This document shows, piece by piece, positions 24,350-37,580 of a stretch of DNA of 64,000 bases. Both the position numbers and the translations under genes were made by a program. Location of the stretch: NCBI GenBank assembly GCA_951406725.2, contig OX597829.1, forward strand, positions 36,580,001 through 36,644,000. Reading direction: 5' to 3'. A model generated the notes under the pieces. That model was not told the origin of the DNA. It worked only from the letters and a program-made list of their open reading frames with translations, and did not search any database. Position 1 is the first letter of the stretch. The number at the start of each line of letters is the position of its first letter. The stretch is from Octopus vulgaris (Eukaryota).

Positions 24350-26255
24350 GATCCCTCGTATGAAACTGTGTATTCAAATAGATATTGTTTTTCGAGATGG
24401 TCACTTTTTTTGCCAAATAAACACACGCAGCATACATTCGTTCTTCACTTATTTATTATTGCTTGTATTTTAACTCACGTCCATTTTCCGTAAATCTTTC
24501 GTCACACATCTGTGACCTCTTCAGCGACACTTAGTCCGTTCTGTTCTTCTAAGTTGTGTACCTTCATATGCGCATGCGTTTGCTTCTGTGTTCTGTGTTC
24601 TGTGTGTGTGTGTGTGTGTACTTGTGTGTGTGCGTGCGTATGCGTACGCATGTCTATGTGTTTCGCATGTGTGCTTATGTATGTTTACGTGGGCTTATGC
24701 CTTTTATATTGTTGCTATCGTTATAGCATGCATGCGGGACACATGTGTCTTGCATGTGCAACCCTACAGAATTGGAAAGACATATACAACATCTCATCTC
24801 CCGCATGCAATTCTCTGGCTACAACCGAGGGGACAGGATTAGAGCGTACAAAGGAGCCAGGACTAAGTACAAAGCCATCATAGAGAGTGATGCAAAGGCG
24901 GTCTGCCTGGTATACAAGAGTATATCCTGGAACAGCACAGAAAGGACCAGAGAAAAGATAGATAAGACCAAGTCATGGTAGGACAACAAAAAATATCAGA
25001 GTGTCATGTTTGTTGATGCTACCCCTGGCAGTGAACTCGCATACCTTCTTGGAAAAGCATTAGATAAGTCTAATCTACGGATTAAAGTACTAGAAAGGCT
25101 TGGAGCCCCCATAAAGTTCCTGATCTGTAGATAGGTCCTCATGTACTGAGTACAATTGTATAGTATGTAAGATGAACATACAGGTTAACTGAAAGGTTAG
25201 GAATATAATGTATAGCTTACGGTGTACTGAGGAACGGTTCGGAAGTAAGACAACTACTTACATTGCAGAGACATCACACAGCATACGGGTGCGTATACTC
25301 GACAACTGCCAGGGCTCAAAGAGAAGAAATGTTCGTCAGTGCTCTACCAACATACTCAAGCAGAACATAGAAATTCGGTTAATACAACAGATAAAACTGA
25401 AACGACAGCGCAATAGACGTACCGAGCCTCAACAGAAAACACAACTAGAACAATAACTCACACCACCACCACCACCATACCACGCACCACAACGACTAAA
25501 GGCAGAAGGGAGAAGAAAAACAGATACAAACAGTGTAATACACAGACAATAGACAAATATGTACACACACCTATGATAAATATAGGAAATAGAGATAAAT
25601 ACGTAAAAAAAAAAACTTTATACAGGGCACAGATACAAACAACATAGGAAGCGAACCCATATACAGACATACGAACACACATACAATAATTTCACAAACG
25701 GCCACAACAACAGCAACAACGCGACCAACAACAACAACAACTACCACGATGACAGCAGCGTGAGCGAACACAAACACAGAGAGATACAGGGACGGTACGA
25801 AAAGTTGGGCCAAAGGCAGTATCATTGGCAACAAGGAAGGGAATGGGGGGGGCAGGGGAAATGACGAGATAGTGCTGCTAAGAACAACAACGATAACGAC
25901 GACAACAGTATAAAGGGCATAAGCTCATATATACACACATAAACGCACATACGAAACCATAGACATGCGTACGCAAACGCACCCGCGCGCACACGCACAC
26001 ACACAAATACAAACACATGTGCATATAATGACACACATTATAGAATGGACTAAGCGGGGCAGGAGCACATACGAGGACGGAAAGTGTCACAGAAGAGATC
26101 ACAAATGTGTGACGAAAGATTTCCGGACAATGAACACGAGTTAGAATAAGAACAGTAATAAACGAGTGAAGAAATAATAAATTGTGCGTGTGTTTAATTG
26201 GCAAAAAAAAAATAACCATCCCGAAATACAACACCATATACAGGGTGTAATATGT
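24350..26255 (+). mobile_element. Penelope-like element: inverted 5' pseudo-LTR, decayed ORF 3' half (GIY-YIG), 3' pseudo-LTR
   Basis: 24350-24720 is the reverse complement of ~25880-26250; internal peptides RMQFSGY, VMFVDATPGSEL and YSLRC...TYIAETSHSIRVR; hammerhead-like core in both repeats. Confidence 0.7.
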
Positions 26256-26258
26256 AAA

Positions 26259-27060
26259 TTATCGCCGATTTATACTTTTTATTTCGCGCATGCACATGGT
26301 TTGTTTTTGATTTTATTTACTACACAGTATAATAGGGTCAGTTGTGCACCGTCTGTGAGAAAAACAGCAACATGACGCAATTCACTCAGCCAGAAATTTG
26401 GAAACAACATGCTGTACTGCTTGGCATTTACACCAGAAGCTCCAGTACGAACGTTTCAGAGTGTCTGGGTATCAATCTGAGGACAGTGCAATCTGAGGAT
26501 ATGTGCCGAGAGTGATAAAAATCAAACATCCTGTCAACATCATGGAGTGTTCACTAGTGATAGTGACATTATGCTTCCTTTCATCTTCCCACACGATCTC
26601 AGACTTAACACAAAGGCCGACATTAAGTGCCTGGAAGAGGTAGTACTGCCGTGGGTCAAGGAGGTGGCTGCTGGAAGACCCTATATCTGGCAACGGGACT
26701 CCACACAAGCTGGAAAACCCAGTCATGGCTGTCAGACAATTTCTGCGACAACATCACTCCTAACATCTAGCCACCAAATTCCCAGACTACACCCCACTTG
26801 ATTATTTTATGTGTGGGGGACATTTAAGCGAGAGACCAAGAAAACTTGTAACAGCAAAGATGAACTGAAGGCAAGGATTATAACAGCATTCACCAACTTA
26901 AAAAAGGAGACCGTCCAGGAGAGTTGCAGGAGATTTCGAAGTCGTCTAGAGGCTGTGGTTGAAGCCAATGGCGATTTTATTGAATAAATTTACTCTTTAG
27001 TATTTCAAGCTATTTTTTATATAATTCTGTAAATATATATGAGAGTTATATTTTCATTTT
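26259..27060 (+). mobile_element. Tc1/mariner-superfamily transposon relic, internally deleted
   Basis: TACAGGGTG end; peptides CLEEVVLPWVK...RPYIWQRDS, a degenerate PPNS...LDYFMWG, and FRSRLEAVVEANGDFIE. Confidence 0.75.
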
Positions 27061-27099
27061 TACGTAATTGCTCGTATACTAGAAAGCAGTCACAAAAAA

Positions 27100-27333
27100 A
27101 GGCAGCGAGCTGGCAGCAACGTTAGCACGCCGGGCGAAATGCGTAGCCGTATTTCGTCTGCCGTTACGTTCTGAGTTCAAATTCCGCCGAGGTCGACTTT
27201 GCCTTTCATCCTTTCGGGGTCGATAAATTAAGTACCAGTTACGCACTGGGGTCGATATAATCAACTTAATCCGTTTGTCTGTCCTTGTTTGTCCCCTCTG
27301 TGTGTAGCCCCTTGTGGGCACTAAAGAAATAAG
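27100..27333 (+). mobile_element. SINE family A, full length with ~15-bp TSD
   Basis: AGAAAGCA(G/T)TCACAA at 27081-27095 and 27332-27346. Confidence 0.9.
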
Positions 27334-27364
27334 AAAGCATTCACAATGTATGTATGTATGTATG

Positions 27365-27395
<31 letters not shown>

Positions 27396-27792
27396 GTATG
27401 TATGCGTGCATGCCTTCATTATTGCATGCATGCATACGTACATACATGCACACACTTACGCGCGCACGAACACATACATACATATATACAAACATGCATA
27501 CACTCACACACTCAGATATGTACATACATACACTCTCATACACATTCACGTACATACATACTTACACACACATACAAACGTCCGTGTTTGTGTGTGTGTC
27601 TGTCTGTCTGTTCCTCACCAGTGTCAACTGGTTCTAGTGTGATTACATTCCTGTGATTCATTGGTTCAGCAGAAAGAATTGATAAAATGATTGCCATGTT
27701 TTAAAATTAGGGTTGGCTCGTTCGACTAAACTTTCTAATGCAGTACACCCCCCACCTCGTCATCACAGCAGTCTAATGAGTAAAACAAGAAA

Positions 27793-27806
27793 TAGATAGA
27801 TAAATT

Positions 27807-27879
<73 letters not shown>

Positions 27880-27970
27880 GTATGTAGGTAGGTAGGTAGG
27901 TAGGTAGGATAGGTAGGTAGGTAGGTAGGTAGGTAGGTAGGTAGATAGATAGACATACAGACAAACAGAC

Positions 27971-28033
<63 letters not shown>

Positions 28034-28090
28034 CAGATTTGGATGGATGGATGGATGGATGGATGGATGGATATTACGATATATATATAT

Positions 28091-28125
<35 letters not shown>
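27793..28125 (+). repeat. (GATA)n/(GGTA)n/(GGAT)n/(GA)n compound microsatellite
   Basis: Directly visible. Confidence 0.95.
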
Positions 28126-28130
<5 letters not shown>

Positions 28131-28583
28131 AGTGAAGAATAATATATAAAAGATAAGTATTTATACAGACATTGGCGTAGGTGTGGATGTGTAGTAAAAG
28201 GAAAAGATATATACATATATACATAAATATAGTGAGAAAGGGAGAGAAAACAGAACACAGACATGCATATATATGTAGATAGTTAGTTAGGTAGGTAGGT
28301 ATGCATGTATATATGTATATATGTATTATGTGGGTATTTGTGTATGTATGCACGTAAGCATGCGCGCATTTATGTATGTATGTATGTATGTATGTATGTA
28401 TGTATACATATGCGTCATTTATGCAAATGTTTGTAATTATAGCATTCATCTCTATTCGTTTCATTATAATGTTAAAATAACGTTATGAATTGATACACAT
28501 TGTCAGGAAATTATGTCATCTATTTAAGATCGCATTGTACGCATGTATTTCTACGGACACACAAATACATACTATCCAGAAGC

Positions 28584-28676
<93 letters not shown>

Positions 28677-29153
28677 TTAAGTAAAGAAACTAACTGAGAA
28701 AATGTTCACACAGAAATAGAAGCGTTATACAATGAGACAAACACACAGACACATGCCAGACACACACGCACTCAAATATTCTCATGTATCATATTATATA
28801 GCTATGATATCCATGAACCTGCTCCTCTGCAGGAACATGCTCAAAGATAACTTTAGCATGTCGTTGGTATAAATATTTAGTCAAAAGTCAAGTAATGAAA
28901 CAAGTATACTTAGCGTCTAAAACGATCCAACCGTGGTCTTCACGTGTTATTTCGGTTGTTTTTAGAAAAAATATAAAATCTACTTGAAACGATATTTGGA
29001 CGTACTTTCAGGGATACTTGATTGTTATTTTGGGCTGGCCAAGAGTTGTGGAGAGGTTGTATGTTTACGTGCGCGTATAAACATGTGTGTGTACACACAC
29101 ACACACGTACTACATACAGATACACACACGCGTACACATACACACACACACAC

Positions 29154-29202
<49 letters not shown>

Positions 29203-29203
<1 letters not shown>

Positions 29204-29356
29204 TTTATTTAAAGCAGCAGAAAATTCAACAAAATCTGTTACTCTGAGTTTCTCGTTGCCGTTCATCAGACAGTTTTTGCTAGCAAAAACTGATGAACGG
29301 CAACGAGAAACTCAGAGTAACAGATTTTGTTGAATTTTCTGCTGCTTTAAATAAAG
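29203..29356. repeat. Near-perfect 154-bp palindrome (inverted duplication of a Penelope-type repeat)
   Basis: Centre GCTAGC at 29279-29284; arms identical except for a 4-nt indel. Confidence 0.9.
29231..29278 (-). ncRNA. Minimal hammerhead-ribozyme motif
   Basis: Minus strand reads CTGT-CTGATGA-ACG GCAA CGA-GAAA-CTCAGAG-TA-ACAG; stem I CTGT/ACAG, GNRA loop in stem II (A.A mismatch at its base), cleavage triplet GTA. Confidence 0.65.
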
Positions 29357-29425
29357 CATATTACTCTACCACTGGTATTTGAGTACTCTTTTTTCCACCT
29401 TGTTTCACATTTATGTGTTTACTCC

Positions 29426-29470
<45 letters not shown>

Positions 29471-29543
29471 GTGACCTCGTGTGTACCGTTGGCGATTTTG
29501 CTTTTCCTCCGTCTTCCCTTCTTTGGATCTTTCCTTTTCCTGT

Positions 29544-29578
29544 GTTTCTGACGAAGAGCTCCGCTCGAAACGTTAAAC
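29544..29578 (+). ncRNA. Minimal (dimer-type) hammerhead-ribozyme motif
   Basis: GTTT-CTGACGA-A-GAGC TCC GCTC-GAAA-CG-TT-AAAC, with palindromic stem III ACGT. Confidence 0.65.
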
Positions 29579-29677
29579 CCTCCTTCTTTCCTTCTTTCCT
29601 GAGCGCCCAATAATACTATACTTGTTCCACGTCCTCGAGTTGTTGTGTTTTCTCTTTGTGTTTTCATGTTTTGATTA

Positions 29678-29759
<82 letters not shown>

Positions 29760-30469
29760 GAGGATGTTAACATAGTGAAGGGATGGTTGTATCCAAGGCA
29801 ATACTGGTTCAATACCTAGTATTACGGAGAATGAAATTCCCTTAAAACAATAGGTGTATATTAAGCATATAGTATATATCCATATAAAAGAAAAGAAAAT
29901 GGAGATAAGGAAATTAATAATTGTTTATTAACAAAAAAAATGGTCATCTTCGCTTCTTACAGCCGTTTCAATTAAGACTCAATAAGTCAGTCGCCCGCTG
30001 ACACTCGTTGACGCTACATCGAAGAGGCCAGGGAACAGAAGAAAGAAGAAGACATGCACTCAACACCAGAGCTGAAGTGGGGAGCCACCACGTCAAAACG
30101 GTATAGGAGTAGGGGCTGAAATCGGACGTGGTTCCTCCTGATGATGTCTTGAGTTAACGGGATCCTATAAAGGAGCTGTTGTGGTAGCATACCGCGAAAC
30201 ACGGTTGAAATTCTTCCATTTAATTACAAATTTATACACTAAATTTACATTTATGTCACATGTGTAAAATTTCATCAGTGACCTTTGGGTGTTATATATG
30301 GACCGGTCATATAAATGTAAATTAAATGTACTAATTTGTAATTAAATTATTGAGTAATAATTGCAACGGCCGTAAGAAACGAAGATGACAATTTAGCTGT
30401 TACTAATAAATAATTAACTTCCTACCTCCATTTTCTTGTCTTCTTATATATATATATAAGTTACCATTG

Positions 30470-30523
<54 letters not shown>

Positions 30524-30696
30524 ATATTTATATATATATATATATATATTCGAGTTTGTATGATTGTGTATAGAAGAATATATTCATGAATGATATTCCA
30601 CCTTAGTCTAATTTTCACGCTTTATTATTTGCAACTTTTACAATTTTACAATTTTACAATATTGAAATAAGCTAATACTTTCATGCGCTACGCAAT

Positions 30697-31805
30697 CATC
30701 AGGTTTGCACCTTGTTGACCAGCTTCTCGATGACAAGCACCAACCTCTCGGCTAACACCTTGGCCAAAATTTTCAAGTCTGCATTAAGCAGAGTGATGAG
30801 TCTAAAGTTATCTATTGCGTCCTCCTTGTTTGGATCTTTCTTCAGCAGCATTACTGCTCCTTGGCTCACAAAACTGGGGATGCTCCCGTTTTGCTGCCAG
30901 TTGCAGTACACTGCTGCCAAGAGTTTCCAAGCAAGTCTGGAATACAACTGTAAAGCTCGTAGGGTAGACCATTCAAACCCGGCGATTTGTCCCTCGAGCA
31001 TTCTGCTATTGCGTCCCGCACTTCCGCCACCGTGATGGCACCTCTGGTTCTCTTGTCGGGAGTAGTGACAGGCTGTGCAGGTAGACACTGAAGTTTACCC
31101 TGCGTTTTCTCTCGCTAATCGTCCCCAACAGTCGGGCAAAATTCTTTTGAAAGGCCTCACACATTTTACTTGGCTCAATTAATTCGCGCCCCTGTTCATC
31201 TACCAGAGACCGAATGGTGGCTTTGTTGCCCTGTTGTGCCTCCGCCACCCGGGCCTCTCACGCGGCTCCAACACCTTCGTTCCTTAGAACATGCATCCTA
31301 GCCCTGACAACACACCCTTCGTGTTTGGCGTTGAAGTGTTAGTCGAGGACCAACCTCGCCGCCAAAACGTCACTTTTAGTCGCCTCTTCTAACTTTTTAA
31401 CTAAGTCACCCTCTACTTTGTTTCTTTCTATGGCTAGTACTTTGCTATACCTAATCGCTTCTGCTTTCATTGCTCTCTTGAGGGCGAACCATCATTTGTT
31501 GTTGATGATGGCTCCCGTCAAAGCCCTCTTTACTAACGTGCTAATACGGTCTCTGAAGACCTGTCTTGACGGAAAGACGCGTCTAGTTTCCAGCAAACGG
31601 GACCCTGCCTATGTGTCTAGCGTACACATCACAAGTTTGTGATCCGTGTAGCTAACTATGTGGAATTGTGAACATCCTATGCTATCTCTCTCTACTGTCC
31701 TACACAGTATCCTATCTAGATACGATCTCGACGACCTGATGTGGTTGCTCCATGTTCACGTTTCGGGCGCATTCGGGTGCTTGAGTCGGTACCTGTCAGA
31801 CAATT

Positions 31806-31810
<5 letters not shown>
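30697..31810 (-). mobile_element. Tx1-type LINE fragment (end of endonuclease to start of RT), decayed
   Basis: Homologous to ~53475-54610; DNFRLITLLNADLKILAKVLAERL; 5' junction abuts (GATA)n. Confidence 0.85.
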
Positions 31811-31862
<52 letters not shown>

Positions 31863-31880
31863 TTAGATAGATAGATAGAT

Positions 31881-32990
31881 AAGTTTCTTTATTGGCCACA
31901 CAGGGCTGCACACAGATGGGACAAGTTACAAGGTAGAGCTTTTCTTTTGGGGGATGAAAAAAACAAAAAAAAACAAAAGAAGAAAAAAGGGGTGGCGTAG
32001 GTTTTCGATCAAGAGGGATCGTAAAAGGGAAGAAAAGAACAAAAAAAAACAAAAAAAGAAAAAAGAAAAAGAATAAAAAGAAAAAAAAAAAAAGGAAACG
32101 GAACAAAAGAAAAGAGAAATGAAAAAAGAAGAAAAAAGGGGAAAAAAAGGGGAAGAGGAAAAAAAGAACGATCAATAGGGATCGTGTATCACAGTGTTAT
32201 GATATATGGTGTAAAGGGGAAAGCAAGTAAGGTTTATCCGTGGGAAGAAAAGCCTACGAAAAAGATCACGGTAACCTTGGTCAATATTGTTATATGTTAC
32301 CACATTTGTTTGCAAGTGGGTAACCCTCTGTTTTCAATTTCTGGGTTCATAGGATTATGCTCAAGGTGGCTTCGTCATTCATACGTGCCATCCTTGCTAC
32401 ATTCACCCATCTTTTTTTAAAACATTCGTTAGACAAAACTTGCCTCTCTATTCTCACTTTCCTTTTCAAGTGGTACTTGAAGAAGTTGATGAGAGATTGA
32501 CCAGAGAGGAAAGTGTTTGTCTCCAATCCTTTCAGACGCGTCCACCAGATACATTCTTTCGCCATAGCCACAAGGATGATGAAAATAGCTCTTCCTTCCC
32601 GTTTGAAGGAAGGAGGCGTGACAGTATTGACGATAGACTCAGCTGATAAACCGACTCGTCCCACACGTGACAGCAGTTGTTCGACACAAGCCCACAGGTC
32701 GGAAATTGTTGGACACTGCACGAGTGCGTGCAGAACGGTTTCGTCGCTCTGACCGCATCTCGGGCAGGTCGGCCCCGTGTTTCTCGAGCCGTGTCTGTAG
32801 AACTTATCCCGAACGGGTAGCGCTTCTCGGTAGCACTGCCAGGCCAGGGATCTCTGGAAGTTGTCCATGGGCCGTGGCCCGAAAGTCGTTCTTAACAGGC
32901 GGGTTAGGTACTCCTCGTCGACGTCCAGGTTCGCCCCGAGCTCGTCGTCGTACCTCCCCTCCACTAATCCCTTATAGAATGCTTTGGTTG
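31881..32990 (-). mobile_element. Tx1-type LINE, 5'-truncated (ORF2 C-terminus plus 3' UTR)
   Basis: [18 protein letters not shown] zinc knuckle; AATAAAGAAAC end; (GATA)n on both sides. Confidence 0.9.
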
Positions 32991-33081
32991 TAGATAGATA
33001 GATAGATAGATAGATAGATATATAGATAGATAGATAGATACATACATACATACATACATACATACATACATACATACATAC

Positions 33082-33207
<126 letters not shown>

Positions 33208-33547
33208 GGCTGGTTGGATGGATGGATGGATGGATGGAAGAAATGCAGAATTTAAAAAACCTGGGAAATATCAATAAAGAACTCAGTATCGAAATGTTCA
33301 GCAATCAGATATCAATAAATGAAAGCAGATTACATATACCAGGGAATTCTGCATGTGGTCGTTGCCTTGGAGAAATGCAATATATAATTACTTCTAATTT
33401 TATTGAATTTTAATGGAAACATAACAATAAGATGTTGCCATAAATCTAGAAAGACATTCAAATATTCCAATTTTTAATTACAATATCTGTTCAGATATCA
33501 TATAATAAGCATATTATTTTAAACTAACTTATTTGTTTTATATATAT

Positions 33548-33978
33548 ATGGCTCTTTGAGCCGTTATCAGTCTTTGCTCTTCTCTCTTTGTGGTAGCCCA
33601 TGTTTCACTACCATATAACATTGCAGGTCAATGCTTGGTATCTCGTTGAGAGAGCACATAAATAGCAACATCATCAGAAAGAAGTCCGGCGTGAGAGATG
33701 TCATCGCAGAGTATACTCGCAGCAAGTATAGATGGGCTGGACACGTCGCCCGGCTCACCGATAATCGGTGGACGCACGCAGTTATCGAGTGGTACCCGCG
33801 TGAGCGGAAAAAACCACCCGGAAGACCACGACGGTGGAGTGACGATTTCAAGAGGACGATTGGGATCACGTGGATGAGAAAGGCGCGATCCAGAGAGGAG
33901 TGGACAGCGTGCTGTGACCAGTGGTGTCAAATGGACGCCTGACGGACTGGTCGGTCAAAGTGAAGTGAAGTGAAAGTG

Positions 33979-33980
<2 letters not shown>
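33548..33980 (+). mobile_element. RTE-clade LINE 3' end with inverted 5' segment and (AAGTG)n tail
   Basis: RWAGHVARL...PGRPRRWSDD on +; 33548-33625 reads MLYGSETWATTKREEQRLITAQRA on -. Confidence 0.85.
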
Positions 33981-34042
<62 letters not shown>

Positions 34043-34154
34043 TGTTGTACTTCGAGGTGGTCATCTTAAATTTTTTTCCAAATAAACACAGACACTATAT
34101 ATATTTTTTCACTCGTTTATTACTGTTATTTTATTATTTTTATTAGTTTGACGC

Positions 34155-34345
34155 CTGTCCATTGTCCGGAAATCTTTCGTCATACATCTATGACCTCTGC
34201 AACGACACTCTTCGTTTCCGTGTGAGTGTGTTCTTGCTCCACTCACTCCAAAGATTGAAGTGAGTGGAGCAGGAACACACGGTAACGAAAAGTGTCGCTG
34301 CAGAGGTCACAGATGTATGACGAAAGATCTTCGGACAATGGACAA
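34155..34345. repeat. Inverted pair of Penelope-type repeats with mutated hammerhead cores
   Basis: Arms of ~95 bp; same family as 24480-24540 and 26080-26140. Confidence 0.7.
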
Positions 34346-34639
34346 TGGACAATGGACAATCAATGGACAATGGACAATCAGAGTAACAGATTTTGTTGAA
34401 TTTTCTGCTGCTTTAAATAAAGTATATTTATATATATATGATATAATATAATATAATATAATATAATATAATATAATATAATATAATATATATAATTGCT
34501 GGCCTTCACCTTATACAGCAGTGCTTTTCCGATTGTCAGTTCTATATTGGTTGTTCCAGAGCTGGAAATCGCAACAATCTCCTTACACTCGCACCAAATG
34601 GTAAAACCAAGCATTTTATTTATCCTGCTGCTTTACAGG

Positions 34640-34980
34640 GATCTCTAAATATTACAGTGATACAAAATTCTCCCATTCGTCCAACTATCCCGAGTCTCCG
34701 AAGCTTGTGATATATCCCAGGATCAACCTTACCAGAGGCCTTTGCAAAATCGAGATACATCTATGTTTGAGCAATACATTTGTTGTTTCAACGCCCAGTC
34801 ATAATACTGCAAAAGTTGTCTAAGACAGTTTCTTTCTCAGTGGTATATATGCTGGGTGTTACGGAGCAAGTCATTCTTTTCTAAGAATATAATCATCTAC
34901 CTCTGAAAATACGTTCCATGACTTTGCTAATATGCAGGGTTATAGACAGGTTTATAATTTTATACTATATCAGCTCCTGA
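34640..34980 (-). mobile_element. CR1-like RT fragment
   Basis: MYLDFAKASGKVD at ~34720-34760 resembles YLDFxKAFDxV. Confidence 0.55.
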
Positions 34981-35257
34981 ACTGAAAGTCGCTACGGTGA
35001 TCTATAGGTCCGAGTCATCTCGTCTAGAGAGTGGACCATGTACTGCAAAAGCTTGGGATTCAAGAACCCACAGTTATTTAATATCTTGGCAAAGCAACTG
35101 ACAGAGTTACATGGTGTAGGCGTAGATGCCTTCAAGAAACAACTTGAACACCTGGATGATTTTCTCATTTAAAATAAATTGCCTACATACATTTGATTAC
35201 CGAAGTGTGCAGATGTGCTTCACGAGAACATATTAATTATAACCGCCTTGTATACAC

Positions 35258-35338
<81 letters not shown>

Positions 35339-35443
35339 TTACATATATACATACATCTATATATTTATATAAATATATATACATACATACATACATACGT
35401 ACGTACATACATAAGTACATACATACATACATACATACATACA

Positions 35444-35474
<31 letters not shown>

Positions 35475-35868
35475 GTGCAACATAGATATTCCTACCTGTG
35501 CCTGTGAAATCTTGTATCCCTGCCGTAAGGCTTCATTTCTACACACGCCAGCTTAATTTAATTCGTCCTTAGTCGAAAGACACCTGTTGTCATGTCCTGT
35601 TATTAATTTTAAATGTATTTGTGTAACATTGTCCTTTTTTTCGTCCTTGTTTTTGTATACATTCGCTGCTTTCTTCCAAGGAATTTAATGCACTTAGCTT
35701 AGTTTTTCCTTAGGGCTGGTCAGATTGGAGCAATCTAGAGAATAATCAGCCGAACTTGCGAAGATAATCTGGTATTCGACTGAGGAAAGAAAACTTCGAA
35801 TGACCCGTCCTTGTTTTCTTTGTATCGTCTATTTGGATGCTTTGTTGTATATATATATAGACATATAT

Positions 35869-36287
35869 AGGCGCAGGAGTGGCTGTGTGGTAAGTAGCTT
35901 GCTAACCAACCACATGGTTCCAGGTTCAGTCCCACTGCGTAGCATTTGGGCAAGTGTCTTCTGCTATAGCCTCGGGCCGACCAATGCCTTGTGAGTGGAT
36001 TTGGTAGACAGAAACTGAAAGAAGCCTGTCGTATATATGTATATATGTATATGTATTATGTGTGTGTGTTTGTGTGTCTGTGTTTGTCTCCCTGGCACTG
36101 CTTGACAACCGATGCTGGTGTGTTTACGTCCCCGTCACTTAGCGGTTCGGCAAAAAGAGACCGATAGAATAAGTACTGGGCTTACAAAGAATAAGTACCG
36201 GGATCGATTTGCCCGACTAAAGGCGGTGCTCCAGCAAGGCCGCAGTCAAATGACTGAAACAAGTAAAAGAGTAAAAGAGTAAAAAGA

Positions 36288-36288
<1 letters not shown>
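35869..36288 (+). mobile_element. SINE family B, full length
   Basis: Complete head, internal microsatellite and (AAAAGAGT)3 tail. Confidence 0.9.
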
Positions 36289-36325
<37 letters not shown>

Positions 36326-36518
36326 AAACGTTTTTGATTTTCACTCTCGATAAATTCATCCCCTTTTTGTGTTCCCAGCACTCGGCATCTTTATTTAGGA
36401 GCCCTTAATTGTATAACTACATGAATAATATTTTTCTATATGAATAATATTTTTGTCTTATGACTAATTCGTCTTTTGTGCTGGGCACCTGGTAGTAAAT
36501 AATATTACTACCCTTCTT

Positions 36519-36555
<37 letters not shown>

Positions 36556-36573
36556 CATATATATATGTATGTA

Positions 36574-36685
<112 letters not shown>

Positions 36686-36994
36686 TATATACATATAGTT
36701 CGCAGATGTGATGCAGATATTGTCCCATAGAAAACTGCTCAAAAGATTCAAACCTCCGTATTGCGTGTAAAAACTCAAGGAATAAAAGAAAAAGAATAAT
36801 ATCTACATTGCATTGTGATATAGTGTTTCACTTTTATTATTTTACTTTCAGTTCTAACCATCACCACCAAAACGACGACGTCACATTTTGTATATGACTG
36901 TGTATATTTCTGTGACTTCGATGTCTTTACAGGGAATATTCCACAAGGTAAAGGTAAAGAATGGCTATGAGAGGAATCAGGTTGAGCGGGTATT

Positions 36995-37515
36995 GAAGCA
37001 ACTGTGGTGATTAGCAAATTAGACACATCAATATATAAAGTGTATTAAATAATTCAAATGCAAAATAACTATATATGTATATATATATAAAAAGGTCCAA
37101 CTTACACAAAGTACAAATGGAAGAGAAAATTAAAGGGGTGGAAGAAGGGTATTGCAAGTGTAAAAAGTTCAGCGATGAAATCATCTTTGAACTTCTCTGC
37201 ATTAAGATCTGAAATGTAAGATCTTCTCTACCCTGAAGATGGAGGCTGGTCTCATCCTATGTTAGACGTATCCGTACGGCCGCATTCTCCGATGGACTAA
37301 ATCTACAAATATTATTATGAATCGCAGAGACCTCAGAAATAACTTTTGAATTCGTAATACCTTTCTCCCACCCCTTTAATTTCTCTTTTATTTGTATTCT
37401 TTTGTAAGTTGGACCTGGTTATATGCATAGATATATATACATATTTTGTATTTGATGTATTTAATATACTTTAGATATTGATGTGTCTAATTTGCTTATC
37501 TCCACAATTGCTTCT
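36995..37515. repeat. Diverged ~160-bp inverted repeat with ~200-bp spacer
   Basis: gcaaattagacacatcaatat / atattgatgtgtctaatttgc and aattaaaggggtgg / ccacccctttaatt. Confidence 0.7.
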
Positions 37516-37580
37516 GTGTGTGTGTGTGAGTGCGTGTGTGTCTCTGTGTCTGTGTCAGTGTCAGTGTATGTGTGTCTATA

